Source: an uncultured Planctomycetota bacterium
Lineage (GTDB): Bacteria > Planctomycetota > Phycisphaerae > Sedimentisphaerales > UBA12454
Reading direction: 5' to 3'
Assembly: GCA_903847315.1 (NCBI GenBank)
Contig: CAINDG010000031.1
Location: forward strand, 31,435-95,434
DNA: 64,000 bases
The notes beneath the pieces were generated by a model that searched no databases, was not told the origin of the DNA, and saw nothing but the letters and a program-made list of their open reading frames with translations. Both the position numbers and the translations under genes were made by a program. Positions within the stretch are counted from its first letter, which is position 1. Each line of letters opens with the position of its first letter. Shown here one piece after another: positions 36,525 to 45,497 of this stretch.

Positions 36525-36581
36525 ATCTGGTATTCAATATAAGTAAAAAATTGAAATGACAACTAATATAGAGTAAGTTGA

Positions 36582-36634
36582 TGCATGGCATGCAAGAGGT
36601 CGTGAGTCCGAGTCTGGCTGGCTCCATTTGTTTT
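36582..36634 (+). repeat. Direct repeat copy 2 (53 bp, att-type; T-stem pairing disrupted)
   Basis: 51/53 identical to 27635-27687. The upstream sequence (GTTGA) does not complete the anticodon stem, so identity starts at the repeat boundary. Confidence 0.9.
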
Positions 36635-36746
36635 GTTGTAATTCAATCTCATACTGCACTTGCAAAAATTCTCTTCTGAAAGATATAGTAAATTCAGGAA
36701 ATATCATTTATATTATAATTGTAATTTTTTATGGAAATCACAAAAA

Positions 36747-38459
36747 ATGAATGATTTTAGCAGACAAAAATTTGCAAAATTGGGGGTTTTTCCCGCACTT
36801 TTATTTATTGGTTTCTTATTAATGACAGGTTCTATTTTGTCCGGCGGTACAAAACAGAACACAGCAGCTGTAACCGATTTGCCGTTTGTTGTGCCGGATA
36901 TAAAGGAACCAAAATTTCCGGACAAAACTTTCCGCATCACAGATTATGGCGCTATAGGCGATGGTCATACAAAAAACACCCAAGCCTTCGCCAGGACAAT
37001 CAAGGCTTGTACAGATGCCGGCGGGGGAACCGTGTTGGTGCCCGCAGGACTGTGGCTGACCGGCCCAATCCAGCTTAAGAGCAATCTGAATCTGCATCTG
37101 GAAAAAGGAGCGGTTATCCTATTCAGCGGCGATTTTGAGGATTACCCTTTAATCAAAAGGATATGGGAAGGCTCGGCGGCGGTGCGCTGTATATCGCCGC
37201 TGTTCGGCGAAAATCTTAAAAATATCGCTATAACAGGCGCCGGAATTATTGACGGCAGCGGGCAGGCGTGGCGGCCCGTTAAAAAATACAAAATGACAGA
37301 GAACCAATGGAAAAATCTGCTTGCGTCCGGCGGAGTGACGGACAGTGCAGGAGGAGTCTGGTATCCATCGAAGGAAGCGATGAATGGGCTAAGAACCGTT
37401 GCCGAACTTGATAAGCGGGGCGCAGATGTTAATGAATACGCTGCTGCTCGCCAGTTTTTGCGTCCGGTTATGGTTGGGTTCGTTCAGTGCAAAAACGTGC
37501 TGCTTGACGGACCGACTTTTCAGAATTCGCCCGCGTGGAATATTCATCCGCTGATGTGCGAGGATGTGATTATCCGCAATATCAACATCAGAAATCCCTG
37601 GTATGCTCAAAACGGAGACGGGCTGGATGTGGAATCCTGTCGTAATGTTATCGTTAATGACTGCCGGTTCGATGTCGGCGATGACGCTATATGTATGAAA
37701 TCTGGCAAGGATAAATACGGCCGAATGAGAGGCAAGCCTACTGAGAATATTGCTATTTCAGATTGCGTTGTCTATCACGGGCACGGCGGCTTTACCGTCG
37801 GCAGCGAAATGTCCGGCGGGGTTCGCAATATTTACGTTCGCAATTGCGATTTTCTCGGCACTGATGTCGGACTTAGGTTCAAAACCACCCGCGGACGCGG
37901 CGGCATCGTGGAAAATATTTTTATCCGGGATATTTATATGAAAGATATTCCCACTGACGTCATTCAGTTTAGTATGTATTATGGAGGCAAAACTCCCGTT
38001 CTTGATGAAGATGATGCGACAGACAGCAATTCCATACAGGCTGTTCCTGCCGTAACCGAAGAAACCCCGAAGTTTCAGAATATTTATATGAGAAATATTG
38101 TCTGCGATGGCGCCAACAGGGCTGTTTATATGCAGGGGCTGCCTGAAATGCCGATTCAGAAGATAAATTTGGATGATGTTGTAATTTCTGCCGCGAATGG
38201 CGTAACCTGCATAGACGCCAATGATATAAAATTCAAAAATGTCAAAATAATAACCGCTAAATCTCCTGTCTTTGAATTATATAACAGCAGAAACTTTGTT
38301 TTCGAAGGCGTAAATCTTCTTGACTCCAATGGAGTTTTCATAAAACTGGACGGCAGCAAAACAAAAGCAATCCATTTAAAAGGCGTTGATAAATCTCAAG
38401 TCGATAAAAAGATTCAGCTCGGCAAAAATGTCAAATCAGACACTATTATAGCAGAATAA
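36747..38459 (+). CDS. Glycoside hydrolase family 28 (polygalacturonase / exo-galacturonosidase-like)
   Basis: Likely start ATG 36747 (MNDFSRQKF... followed by a signal/anchor). Motifs ITDYGAIGDGHTKNTQAF, NGDGLD, DVGDDAICMKSG, GHGGFTVGSE, LRFKTTRGRGG. Confidence 0.9.
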   Translation: MNDFSRQKFAKLGVFPALLFIGFLLMTGSILSGGTKQNTAAVTDLPFVVPDIKEPKFPDKTFRITDYGAIGDGHTKNTQAFARTIKACTDAGGGTVLVPAGLWLTGPIQLKSNLNLHLEKGAVILFSGDFEDYPLIKRIWEGSAAVRCISPLFGENLKNIAITGAGIIDGSGQAWRPVKKYKMTENQWKNLLASGGVTDSAGGVWYPSKEAMNGLRTVAELDKRGADVNEYAAARQFLRPVMVGFVQCKNVLLDGPTFQNSPAWNIHPLMCEDVIIRNINIRNPWYAQNGDGLDVESCRNVIVNDCRFDVGDDAICMKSGKDKYGRMRGKPTENIAISDCVVYHGHGGFTVGSEMSGGVRNIYVRNCDFLGTDVGLRFKTTRGRGGIVENIFIRDIYMKDIPTDVIQFSMYYGGKTPVLDEDDATDSNSIQAVPAVTEETPKFQNIYMRNIVCDGANRAVYMQGLPEMPIQKINLDDVVISAANGVTCIDANDIKFKNVKIITAKSPVFELYNSRNFVFEGVNLLDSNGVFIKLDGSKTKAIHLKGVDKSQVDKKIQLGKNVKSDTIIAE

Positions 38460-38461
38460 TC

Positions 38462-40426
38462 TTATTTTTTATTTTGTTCCAGTCCCTCGACTGTTGCGTT
38501 TGTCTCCAGAATTACCGGTGGGCCTTTTTCAGCTTCTATTTTTACGTTTGTAAACTTAACTTTGGCATTGCGAACTGTCAGGCCTTTGGGGGCGGTGATT
38601 TTTACGTTTTCCAACACAACATCCGAAACCGCACATTCCGGCAGGCCGACGATGACACCGGCATTTTTCGGACTGGTGGCCGTAACGTTCGAGATGCGGA
38701 TATTGCGATAAGTCGGCGTAGAGGCTGTGACGGGCTGTGCCGCATCATCGCCGTCTTTGGGGATTTTTGGATAATAGGTTGTGATGTTGATGGGGATTTT
38801 TACGTTTTTCATTATAAGGTCGCTATAAGAGACATTTTCCACCAGTCCGCCTCTCTCGCGGGATGATTTAATTCTGATGCCGCTTTCGGTATTTTCGAAG
38901 GTACAGTTCTTAACGGTGAGATTTCGCACACCGCCGAACGTTTCGCTTCCGATGGACATCCCATGGCCGTGAAGGAACGTACAGCCGGTAACGGTAATAT
39001 ATTCACAGGCGGCGTTTGGATGGACGGTATCAGGATGGCCGGACTTGATTGCGATATTATCATCGCCGACGTCAATGACGCAATCGGAAATGAGAACATA
39101 TCGCGATGCGCTGGGGTCGATAGCGTCTGTGTTGGGCGAATCTTCCGGAGCGCGAATAGTAACTCTTAAGATGTCCACCCCCTCGCAATCCTTTGGGACA
39201 AGATGAAAACTTGGCGAGTTAATCAGAGTAATATCCTTGATTAGCACATTGACACATTTATCCAAAAGCACCAATCGCGGCCGGCGTCTCGGCTCAGGCT
39301 GTTTGTTTTCTTTAGCTTGCCTTGCCGGTCCCCACCAGCGGGCACCTGACCCGTCAATAGTACCTTTGCCTGCGATAGTTATGTTGGTAAGGCCGCTGCC
39401 GTTTATAAAGGCGATTACGTCACCTGATTTTTCAGGATTTGCAAAATCGTTTGGGTCGTCAGTGGCTTTGAGAGTCGCACCTTCGTCAAGCTGGAGCGTG
39501 GTATTGCTTCGCAAAGAGATTGGTTTGCTTAGGTAAGTGCCTGCCGTAAGGCGGACGGTACCGTTGCCGGTCTTGCCGCATTCATCAATCGCCTTTTGAA
39601 TTGCTTCGGTGTCGAGCGTTTTGCCGTCGCCTTTAGCGCTGAATTGACGGACATCAAAGATTTTTTCCGCTGCTGTATTGGTGTCTCCGGCAGGTTCCTT
39701 ACGAAAGCAGGGCTTGAGTTTCGGTACTGCACGGACGAGTTCCTCAACGACAAGGCGGGCAAACATCGGACTGCCCTTGGCGTTGAGATGTGTGTTGTCA
39801 GACTGATTATTATCTTTAATAGGGCTGAATTCCAAACATTTTTCTTTGCCTAATTGTTCGCACAGCTCTTTACTGCGAGCGTGGAGGTCAACAAGCGGAA
39901 CATTTTTTTCCTTTGCGATTTGCTTGACCACTTCGACATAAGGTGTCAGGCTGGAGTTGATTTTGCCGCTGCCAGATTTGTCCCATTGACGCCGGACAAG
40001 CGATGTAACCAGAACAGGTTTTGCGCCGATTGCACGGGCCTCGTCAATATATTGTGTCATAAATTTGCGGTAAGTGGTATTGGGTTCTGTCGAGCGTTCG
40101 GCTTTGCCGGGCTCATCGTTATGGCCGAACTGGATTAAATAATAATCGCCTTTGAGTTCCAAAGCCTTGGCCCAGCGTCCCTCGTTGATAAAGCTTTTGG
40201 AGCTTCTGCCGCCTGCGGCTGTGTTAATGCACTCTGCGCGGTCTGTCAGGAATTGTTTAAAACCGACTCCCCAGCCCTGTTTCTCTGTAACCGTAGAATC
40301 GCCCACAAGAACGATGCGAATTTTGCGGTCAGGTTCGGATGTCTGGGTTTTCTTCAGTGCGCTTTCGTTGCATCCGGCTAAGAAAATGCAAATTGTCAGG
40401 ACAAATCCTGTAATTTTTTTGAACAT
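38462..40426 (-). CDS. Lipoprotein fusion: SGNH/GDSL esterase (rhamnogalacturonan acetylesterase-like) + GH28 domain
   Basis: Lipobox FLAGC. Esterase motifs LVGDSTV, GGRSSKSF, FGHND, DNTHLN. GH28 motifs NTDAIDP, DVGDDNIAIKSG, GHGMSIGSE, IRIKSSRERGG. Confidence 0.85.
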   Translation of the reverse strand: MFKKITGFVLTICIFLAGCNESALKKTQTSEPDRKIRIVLVGDSTVTEKQGWGVGFKQFLTDRAECINTAAGGRSSKSFINEGRWAKALELKGDYYLIQFGHNDEPGKAERSTEPNTTYRKFMTQYIDEARAIGAKPVLVTSLVRRQWDKSGSGKINSSLTPYVEVVKQIAKEKNVPLVDLHARSKELCEQLGKEKCLEFSPIKDNNQSDNTHLNAKGSPMFARLVVEELVRAVPKLKPCFRKEPAGDTNTAAEKIFDVRQFSAKGDGKTLDTEAIQKAIDECGKTGNGTVRLTAGTYLSKPISLRSNTTLQLDEGATLKATDDPNDFANPEKSGDVIAFINGSGLTNITIAGKGTIDGSGARWWGPARQAKENKQPEPRRRPRLVLLDKCVNVLIKDITLINSPSFHLVPKDCEGVDILRVTIRAPEDSPNTDAIDPSASRYVLISDCVIDVGDDNIAIKSGHPDTVHPNAACEYITVTGCTFLHGHGMSIGSETFGGVRNLTVKNCTFENTESGIRIKSSRERGGLVENVSYSDLIMKNVKIPINITTYYPKIPKDGDDAAQPVTASTPTYRNIRISNVTATSPKNAGVIVGLPECAVSDVVLENVKITAPKGLTVRNAKVKFTNVKIEAEKGPPVILETNATVEGLEQNKK

Positions 40427-40449
40427 AAATATTATTCCTTATAGTTTTA

Positions 40450-41694
40450 TTAAATTTCTACAGGTTTAATTTTTGGTACAATCAGGTGGAAGATAAGCCA
40501 TGCGACGATATATGCGCTTCCGCAAATCGGCATAATTTTGTCATACGTTCCGGCACCTTGCAAAATATGTCCTACCATCCAGGCAAAGCCCATCGAAGCT
40601 ACGGCAGCGATTGTGCCGGCAAGTCCGACAACTGAAGCGACGGCTTTTTTGGGAAACATATCCGAGACGACGGTGTACATCGTAGCCGACCAGCCCTGAT
40701 GGGCGGCGGCGGCAAGTGCGAAGAAACCTGTCGCCAGCCAAACATATTCGGTACGAGTCGAGAAAATAACCGGCAGCGTGCAGCAGGCGCAGACGAATGA
40801 GGCGGTTTTTCTGGCGGCGTTAAGCGACCAGCCGCGATGCAAAAACCACGCCGACAGCCAGCCGCCTCCGATACTGCCCAGGCAGGTTATCGAATAGACA
40901 GCGACAAGCGGCAGGCCAAAGGTTCTGAGATTTAAGCCGAACTGCTTGCTGAAAAAGTCCGGAAGCCAGAAAAGATAAAACCACCAGACAGGCCCGACAA
41001 AAATGCCGGTTGCCACATAAGCCCATGTTTGCCGATAGGAAATCACTTTGAGCCAGGGGATTTTTTCTGACTCGGACTTCATATCGCTGCTTTGAATGTA
41101 GGTCAGCTCCTGGGATTTGAGCAGATGCGATTTTTCCGGCGAATCGTAAAGGATAAACCAGAATATCAGCCAGACAAATCCGCTCAGACCCAAAGCGACA
41201 AAGGCCGCCCGCCAGCCGAATTGGAAAGTCAGCCACGGAACCAGAAGCGGTGCAACGACGGCGCCGATATTCGAGCCGGTATTGAAAATGCCCGTGGCGA
41301 TGGAACGTTCCTTTTGCGGGAACCATTCAGCGACGGTTTTGATGGCTGCCGGGAAGTTTCCCGACTCGCCAAGGCCGAGGGCAAATCGTGCACAGCCAAA
41401 GCCGAAAGCCGTTCTCATTAAAGCGTGAGACATTGCCGCAAAACTCCAGAATACAATCGAAAATGCGTAGGCGCTTTTTGTGCCAAGCCAGGCGATAAAC
41501 GGTCCGAACAAAACCTGTCCGATTGCATAAGCCGCCTGGAAAGCTATGACGATGTTGCCATAATCCTGCTCGCTCCAGTGGAATATTTTGGCAAGGTCAG
41601 GCTTGAGCAGACCGAGAATCTGACGGTCCATATAGTTGATAAGCGTTGCAGCAAACAATAGCGCGCAAATAACCCAGCGAAATTTGCCCCGCAT
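40450..41694 (-). CDS. MFS transporter, hexuronate (ExuT/ACS family)-like
   Basis: 414 aa, multi-TM. N-terminus RWVICALLFAATLINYMDRQILG and EWFPQKERSIATGIFNTGSNIG are as in the ExuT family. Confidence 0.8.
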   Translation of the reverse strand: MRGKFRWVICALLFAATLINYMDRQILGLLKPDLAKIFHWSEQDYGNIVIAFQAAYAIGQVLFGPFIAWLGTKSAYAFSIVFWSFAAMSHALMRTAFGFGCARFALGLGESGNFPAAIKTVAEWFPQKERSIATGIFNTGSNIGAVVAPLLVPWLTFQFGWRAAFVALGLSGFVWLIFWFILYDSPEKSHLLKSQELTYIQSSDMKSESEKIPWLKVISYRQTWAYVATGIFVGPVWWFYLFWLPDFFSKQFGLNLRTFGLPLVAVYSITCLGSIGGGWLSAWFLHRGWSLNAARKTASFVCACCTLPVIFSTRTEYVWLATGFFALAAAAHQGWSATMYTVVSDMFPKKAVASVVGLAGTIAAVASMGFAWMVGHILQGAGTYDKIMPICGSAYIVAWLIFHLIVPKIKPVEI

Positions 41695-42045
41695 AAAACG
41701 ATTCCTTTTGATTTATTCAAAAACCGTAAGCAAAGTAAACGGGCTATTATAATAAGTTTTCCCCGTATAGCCAGATGAGGGATTATTCTGTGCCATATCA
41801 ATCGCTGTCGATAAGGTTATTTGCTTGTTGATTGTTTACGGGTTTTATTTTGCACCGGAATAGTATCGTAACCACTTATTTGATAAGGAATTACAGCGTA
41901 AATAGCGGACTGTAAATTTGAATATCAAGGCGGTAAATTTCATTGAGTTCGCCATCGCAGAAAATTGATTATTACAAGAATAAAATGGATAATACGGTCG
42001 TTTTTGATAAAGTCTTTAAAGTTTTGCAGATGAAGGGATTATCAT

Positions 42046-43323
42046 ATGATAAAAATTAAAGGACTTCGATGGTACATCGCAACCCTGCTGATGATAGTAA
42101 CTATAATCAACTATATTGACCGCACAAGCATATCTGTAGCTGCTCCATTTTTTAAAGAACAGCTTAAAATCAATGACCAGCAGTTTTCTTATATTATTAT
42201 ATGTTTTCAATTTTGTTATATGATTATGCAGCCTATAAGCGGCCGCATTATTGACTTTCTCGGTCTCAGACGGGGCTTTTCTCTGGCTGCTGCGTGGTGG
42301 TCGGTAGCCAATATTCTTCACGCTTTTGCCCGCAGTCCGCTCACGTTTGGAATTTTTCGCGGATTACTTGGCGTCGGCGAAGCGGGCAACTTCCCCGGCA
42401 TTGCAAAGACTGGCGCCGAATGGTTCCCCCCCAGAGAGCGCACAATGGCAACCGGCATCGCAAATATTGGTTCAGGCACAGGGGCTCTTATTGCAACGCC
42501 GCTTGTAGCGTGGATTATATATAAATGGGGCTGGCAGGAAGCTTTTGTCATTACCGGCGCTATAGGATTTTTCTGGGTTATTTTATGGGCAATATTTTAC
42601 CGTTCTCCCGAAAATCATCCTATGATAACACCCGAAGAACTTGCACATATTCAACAAGGTCAGCAGGAACTGAATGTCGAAGAGACAACAAACGAAAAAG
42701 GCGTTTGGAAAGTCGTGCTTAAACAGCGGAATTTTTTAGGCATCGCAATCGCAAGATTCTTTTCCGAACCGGGATGGCAGTTCTTTTCGTACTTTATTCC
42801 ATCATATCTGGTGGAACAGAGAGGAATGAATATTAAAGAAATTGGAATGTTCGCCTGGATTCCATTTCTGGCCGCTGATTTAGGAAGTTTTGTCGGCGGG
42901 ATTCTTTCGCCGTTCTATCAAAAATTAGGTTTGGGCGTTCTTAACGCCCGCAGAGCCTCGATGACTACGGCGGCATTATTAATGCCTTTTGTGCTCCTGA
43001 TTGTAAAGGCTCCGAGCGGCGGCTGGGCAATATTCTGGTTCTGTTTCGGCACATTCGGACATAACTGTATTTCAGCTACACTGCTTACCCTGCCGGCGGA
43101 TTTGTTTCCGAAACGCACTGTAGCGACGGCCAACGGAATGTCGGGCAGCATAGGATATTTGGGCGGAATGATTTTTACCGGTACAGTTGGTAAGCTGCTG
43201 GTGACGAATGTCGGTTACACGCCCATTTTTACTATGATTGCCTTTTTTGATATTATTGGCGCAATCGCATTGTGGTCGCTGCTGCGGGTGCCGAATGCAC
43301 AGCCGAGCGAACAGGCAGTATAA
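42046..43323 (+). CDS. exuT: MFS hexuronate transporter ExuT-like
   Basis: N-terminus MIKIKGLRWYIATLL... closely recalls E. coli ExuT (MRKIKGLRWYM...). Also EWFPPRERTMATGIANIGSGTG. 425 aa. Confidence 0.75.
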   Translation: MIKIKGLRWYIATLLMIVTIINYIDRTSISVAAPFFKEQLKINDQQFSYIIICFQFCYMIMQPISGRIIDFLGLRRGFSLAAAWWSVANILHAFARSPLTFGIFRGLLGVGEAGNFPGIAKTGAEWFPPRERTMATGIANIGSGTGALIATPLVAWIIYKWGWQEAFVITGAIGFFWVILWAIFYRSPENHPMITPEELAHIQQGQQELNVEETTNEKGVWKVVLKQRNFLGIAIARFFSEPGWQFFSYFIPSYLVEQRGMNIKEIGMFAWIPFLAADLGSFVGGILSPFYQKLGLGVLNARRASMTTAALLMPFVLLIVKAPSGGWAIFWFCFGTFGHNCISATLLTLPADLFPKRTVATANGMSGSIGYLGGMIFTGTVGKLLVTNVGYTPIFTMIAFFDIIGAIALWSLLRVPNAQPSEQAV

Positions 43324-43376
43324 TATAAAACTGACATCAGGCTTTCATCAGTGCTGTCATAAATTGAGGGTTCACC

Positions 43377-44678
43377 ATGTTGGGATATGAACTAATAATA
43401 ATAGTCGCTATGCTGTTTATTAACGCGGTATTTGCCGCCTATGAAATGGGGCTTGCTTCAATATCTCCGGCCAGACTTCAGGTATTGCTGAACGAAAAGA
43501 GAAAAGGCGCATCCGACGCGGTATATATGAAAAGCAGGATGGAAGCGAGTTTGGCAATTGTTCAGCTTGGGATGACACTTTCAAGCGCCTTTGCCGCGGC
43601 TGTAGGCGGCGTTGGAATCGAGGAAAGATTAGGGCCTTTCCTTATGGAAAGTTTGAAAATTCCAGATTTTCTTGCTGAGATAATAGCCCTTATCTTTTTG
43701 ATTGTACCTTTTTCACTCATCATTATCGTGTTCAGCGAGCTTGTTCCCAAAATGCTGGCATTGAATAACAATGAGTGGATTGTGCTGAAGCTTTCTCCGG
43801 TAATGAAGATTCTTTCGGTATTCGCCAATCCTGTTGTTTCAGTTATCGAGACGGTTGTCAAATGGCTGGTAGGAATTATTACAAGATTACGCCCGGCAGA
43901 GAGCAAAAACAGGGTACATGGGTTCAGCGATTTCAGGGCGGCAGTTTCGCTTGCCCGTGCTTCAAAACTTCTTAGTGCCAGAGAAGAAAAAATTGTATTG
44001 TCGAGCGCTCTTCTGGCTACACGGCCGGTAAAGGACATAATTATTCCCGCTCAGGATATCACGATGATTTGGCTGGAGAGCAGTTTGATGGATGCTCTTG
44101 TAAAGGCGCATCTTGATATGCATACGAGGTTTCCCGTCAGCCGAAAACTGAACGACCCTCAGACAATCGAAGGATACATCAATTTCAAGGATATTGTTTA
44201 TACGCTCAAGGCCAATCCTTCCGAACCGTCGTTAAAGGGAATAATAAGGTCGATAGAAAAGATTGATGCAGCCACGTCCATATCCAAAACTCTGGAAATG
44301 ATGATACAGAAGAAACTTCACATTGCGGTTGTTGTGTCCGGCGATGGAATGATTTTAGGAACGGTAACTTTGGAAGATATCCTTGAAGAGCTTGTCGGCG
44401 AAATAGAAGATGAGTTTGATTATCTTCCCACGCATATTCAGCCCTGCGGCAGCGCCTGGATTATGGGAGGGGGATTGCCGATGACGAAGGTTTTCTCTGC
44501 CATCGGTCGTAAAGATGAAGGTAAATTTAAAGATGCCAGGGTGCCCACGCTTAGTGAATGGTGCGTACAGAATGCCAAGCGACCGCTGGAAGGAGGAGAA
44601 GTAATTGAGGCTGATAATATACGGGTGGTAGTTCGCAAGTTCCGGAGGAAGAAAGTGTCCGAGGTATTGGTAGGTTAG
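43377..44678 (+). CDS. CNNM/DUF21 - CBS pair - CorC_HlyC family protein (hemolysin-family / putative divalent cation efflux)
   Basis: N-terminal 4-TM DUF21 pattern (INAVFAAYEMGLASIS...), then the CBS region. C-terminus LEDILEELVGEIEDEFD plus a CorC-type tail. Confidence 0.85.
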   Translation: MLGYELIIIVAMLFINAVFAAYEMGLASISPARLQVLLNEKRKGASDAVYMKSRMEASLAIVQLGMTLSSAFAAAVGGVGIEERLGPFLMESLKIPDFLAEIIALIFLIVPFSLIIIVFSELVPKMLALNNNEWIVLKLSPVMKILSVFANPVVSVIETVVKWLVGIITRLRPAESKNRVHGFSDFRAAVSLARASKLLSAREEKIVLSSALLATRPVKDIIIPAQDITMIWLESSLMDALVKAHLDMHTRFPVSRKLNDPQTIEGYINFKDIVYTLKANPSEPSLKGIIRSIEKIDAATSISKTLEMMIQKKLHIAVVVSGDGMILGTVTLEDILEELVGEIEDEFDYLPTHIQPCGSAWIMGGGLPMTKVFSAIGRKDEGKFKDARVPTLSEWCVQNAKRPLEGGEVIEADNIRVVVRKFRRKKVSEVLVG

Positions 44679-44736
44679 TTAACCCGGCTGATATAACAGC
44701 GGCGGTATAGGGAAAACATAATTTATAGGATGAGAT

Positions 44737-45357
44737 ATGGAACAATCCGAAAAATATTTATTAAGAAACGATACCCTGCTTTCCATAAGAAATCGGCGAA
44801 GTATGAGGGTATTTATCGACAAACCGATTAACGATGACGACCTTTGGACCATTCTCCGTGCGGCAAACCAGGCCCCCTCGGCTCACAATCAGCAATCATG
44901 GCGATTTGTTATTTTAAGAGGCCAAAAGAAAATTGATTTGGCGAACTTTGTCAGTTCCAAAGCTCACAATTTTTCCAGACCATCTTCGACATTGCTTCGT
45001 ATGGCGGCTCGCAGTATTGTCAGTGCGCCGATTGTAATTGCCGTTGCAAATTCCGGAGAGCTTATCAGCAGGGGAACTGAATTGTTTAAAGTGGACAAGA
45101 ATTCCGCTTATGATTTTTTCCGCATTATGGAAATACAAAGCTCCGCGGCCGCGGTTCAAAATTTATTGATTGCCGCCACATCAATAGGCCTGGCTACGGT
45201 CTGGCTCGGAATACTTGTTCTTATTAAAAATGACGTATTGCGTTTTATCGGCGAACCGGAAGGCGAATTTATGGCGGTTGTTCCCGTAGGATATGCCGGA
45301 CAAATAAGCACCGAACCTGGTAAAAAATCGCTGGAAGCGGTAGTCAGGTACCTTTGA
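44737..45357 (+). CDS. Nitroreductase family protein
   Basis: IRNRRSMRVF...ILRAANQAPSAHNQQSWRFVIL is the nitroreductase N-terminal signature. 206 aa. Confidence 0.75.
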   Translation: MEQSEKYLLRNDTLLSIRNRRSMRVFIDKPINDDDLWTILRAANQAPSAHNQQSWRFVILRGQKKIDLANFVSSKAHNFSRPSSTLLRMAARSIVSAPIVIAVANSGELISRGTELFKVDKNSAYDFFRIMEIQSSAAAVQNLLIAATSIGLATVWLGILVLIKNDVLRFIGEPEGEFMAVVPVGYAGQISTEPGKKSLEAVVRYL

Positions 45358-45497
45358 GAAATAAGAAATCGCAAAAGAAATTGTCATAAATAAGGAGCAT
45401 TTTCAATGAAGAGATTGACTCTAATTATATTTGCGGCTTTCCTGACCGGCAAACCTTATATGGCTTTGAGAATTCGCCGAATTAAGTAACTGCAATA

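Larger units (their letters stand above)
27688..36581. mobile_element. 8.9-kb island bracketed by att-type direct repeats; no integrase of its own; candidate defence island
   Basis: Bounded by the two 53-bp repeats. Five co-oriented conflict-system-type genes. Core metabolic genes begin right after the second repeat. Confidence 0.6.

Noticed and set aside
41695-42045. Operator-like GTAAACGGG / GTTTACGGG motifs between the divergent ExuT-like genes
   Set aside because: The two motifs are not a true inverted repeat and occur only once each. The evidence is too weak to call a regulator site.
43562-44038. 158-aa - strand ORF; similar antisense ORFs at 40820-41326, 47199-47654 and 57963-58508
   Set aside because: All lie antisense to genes with strong family signatures (CNNM, MFS, MurQ, HtrA). 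Typical shadow ORFs.
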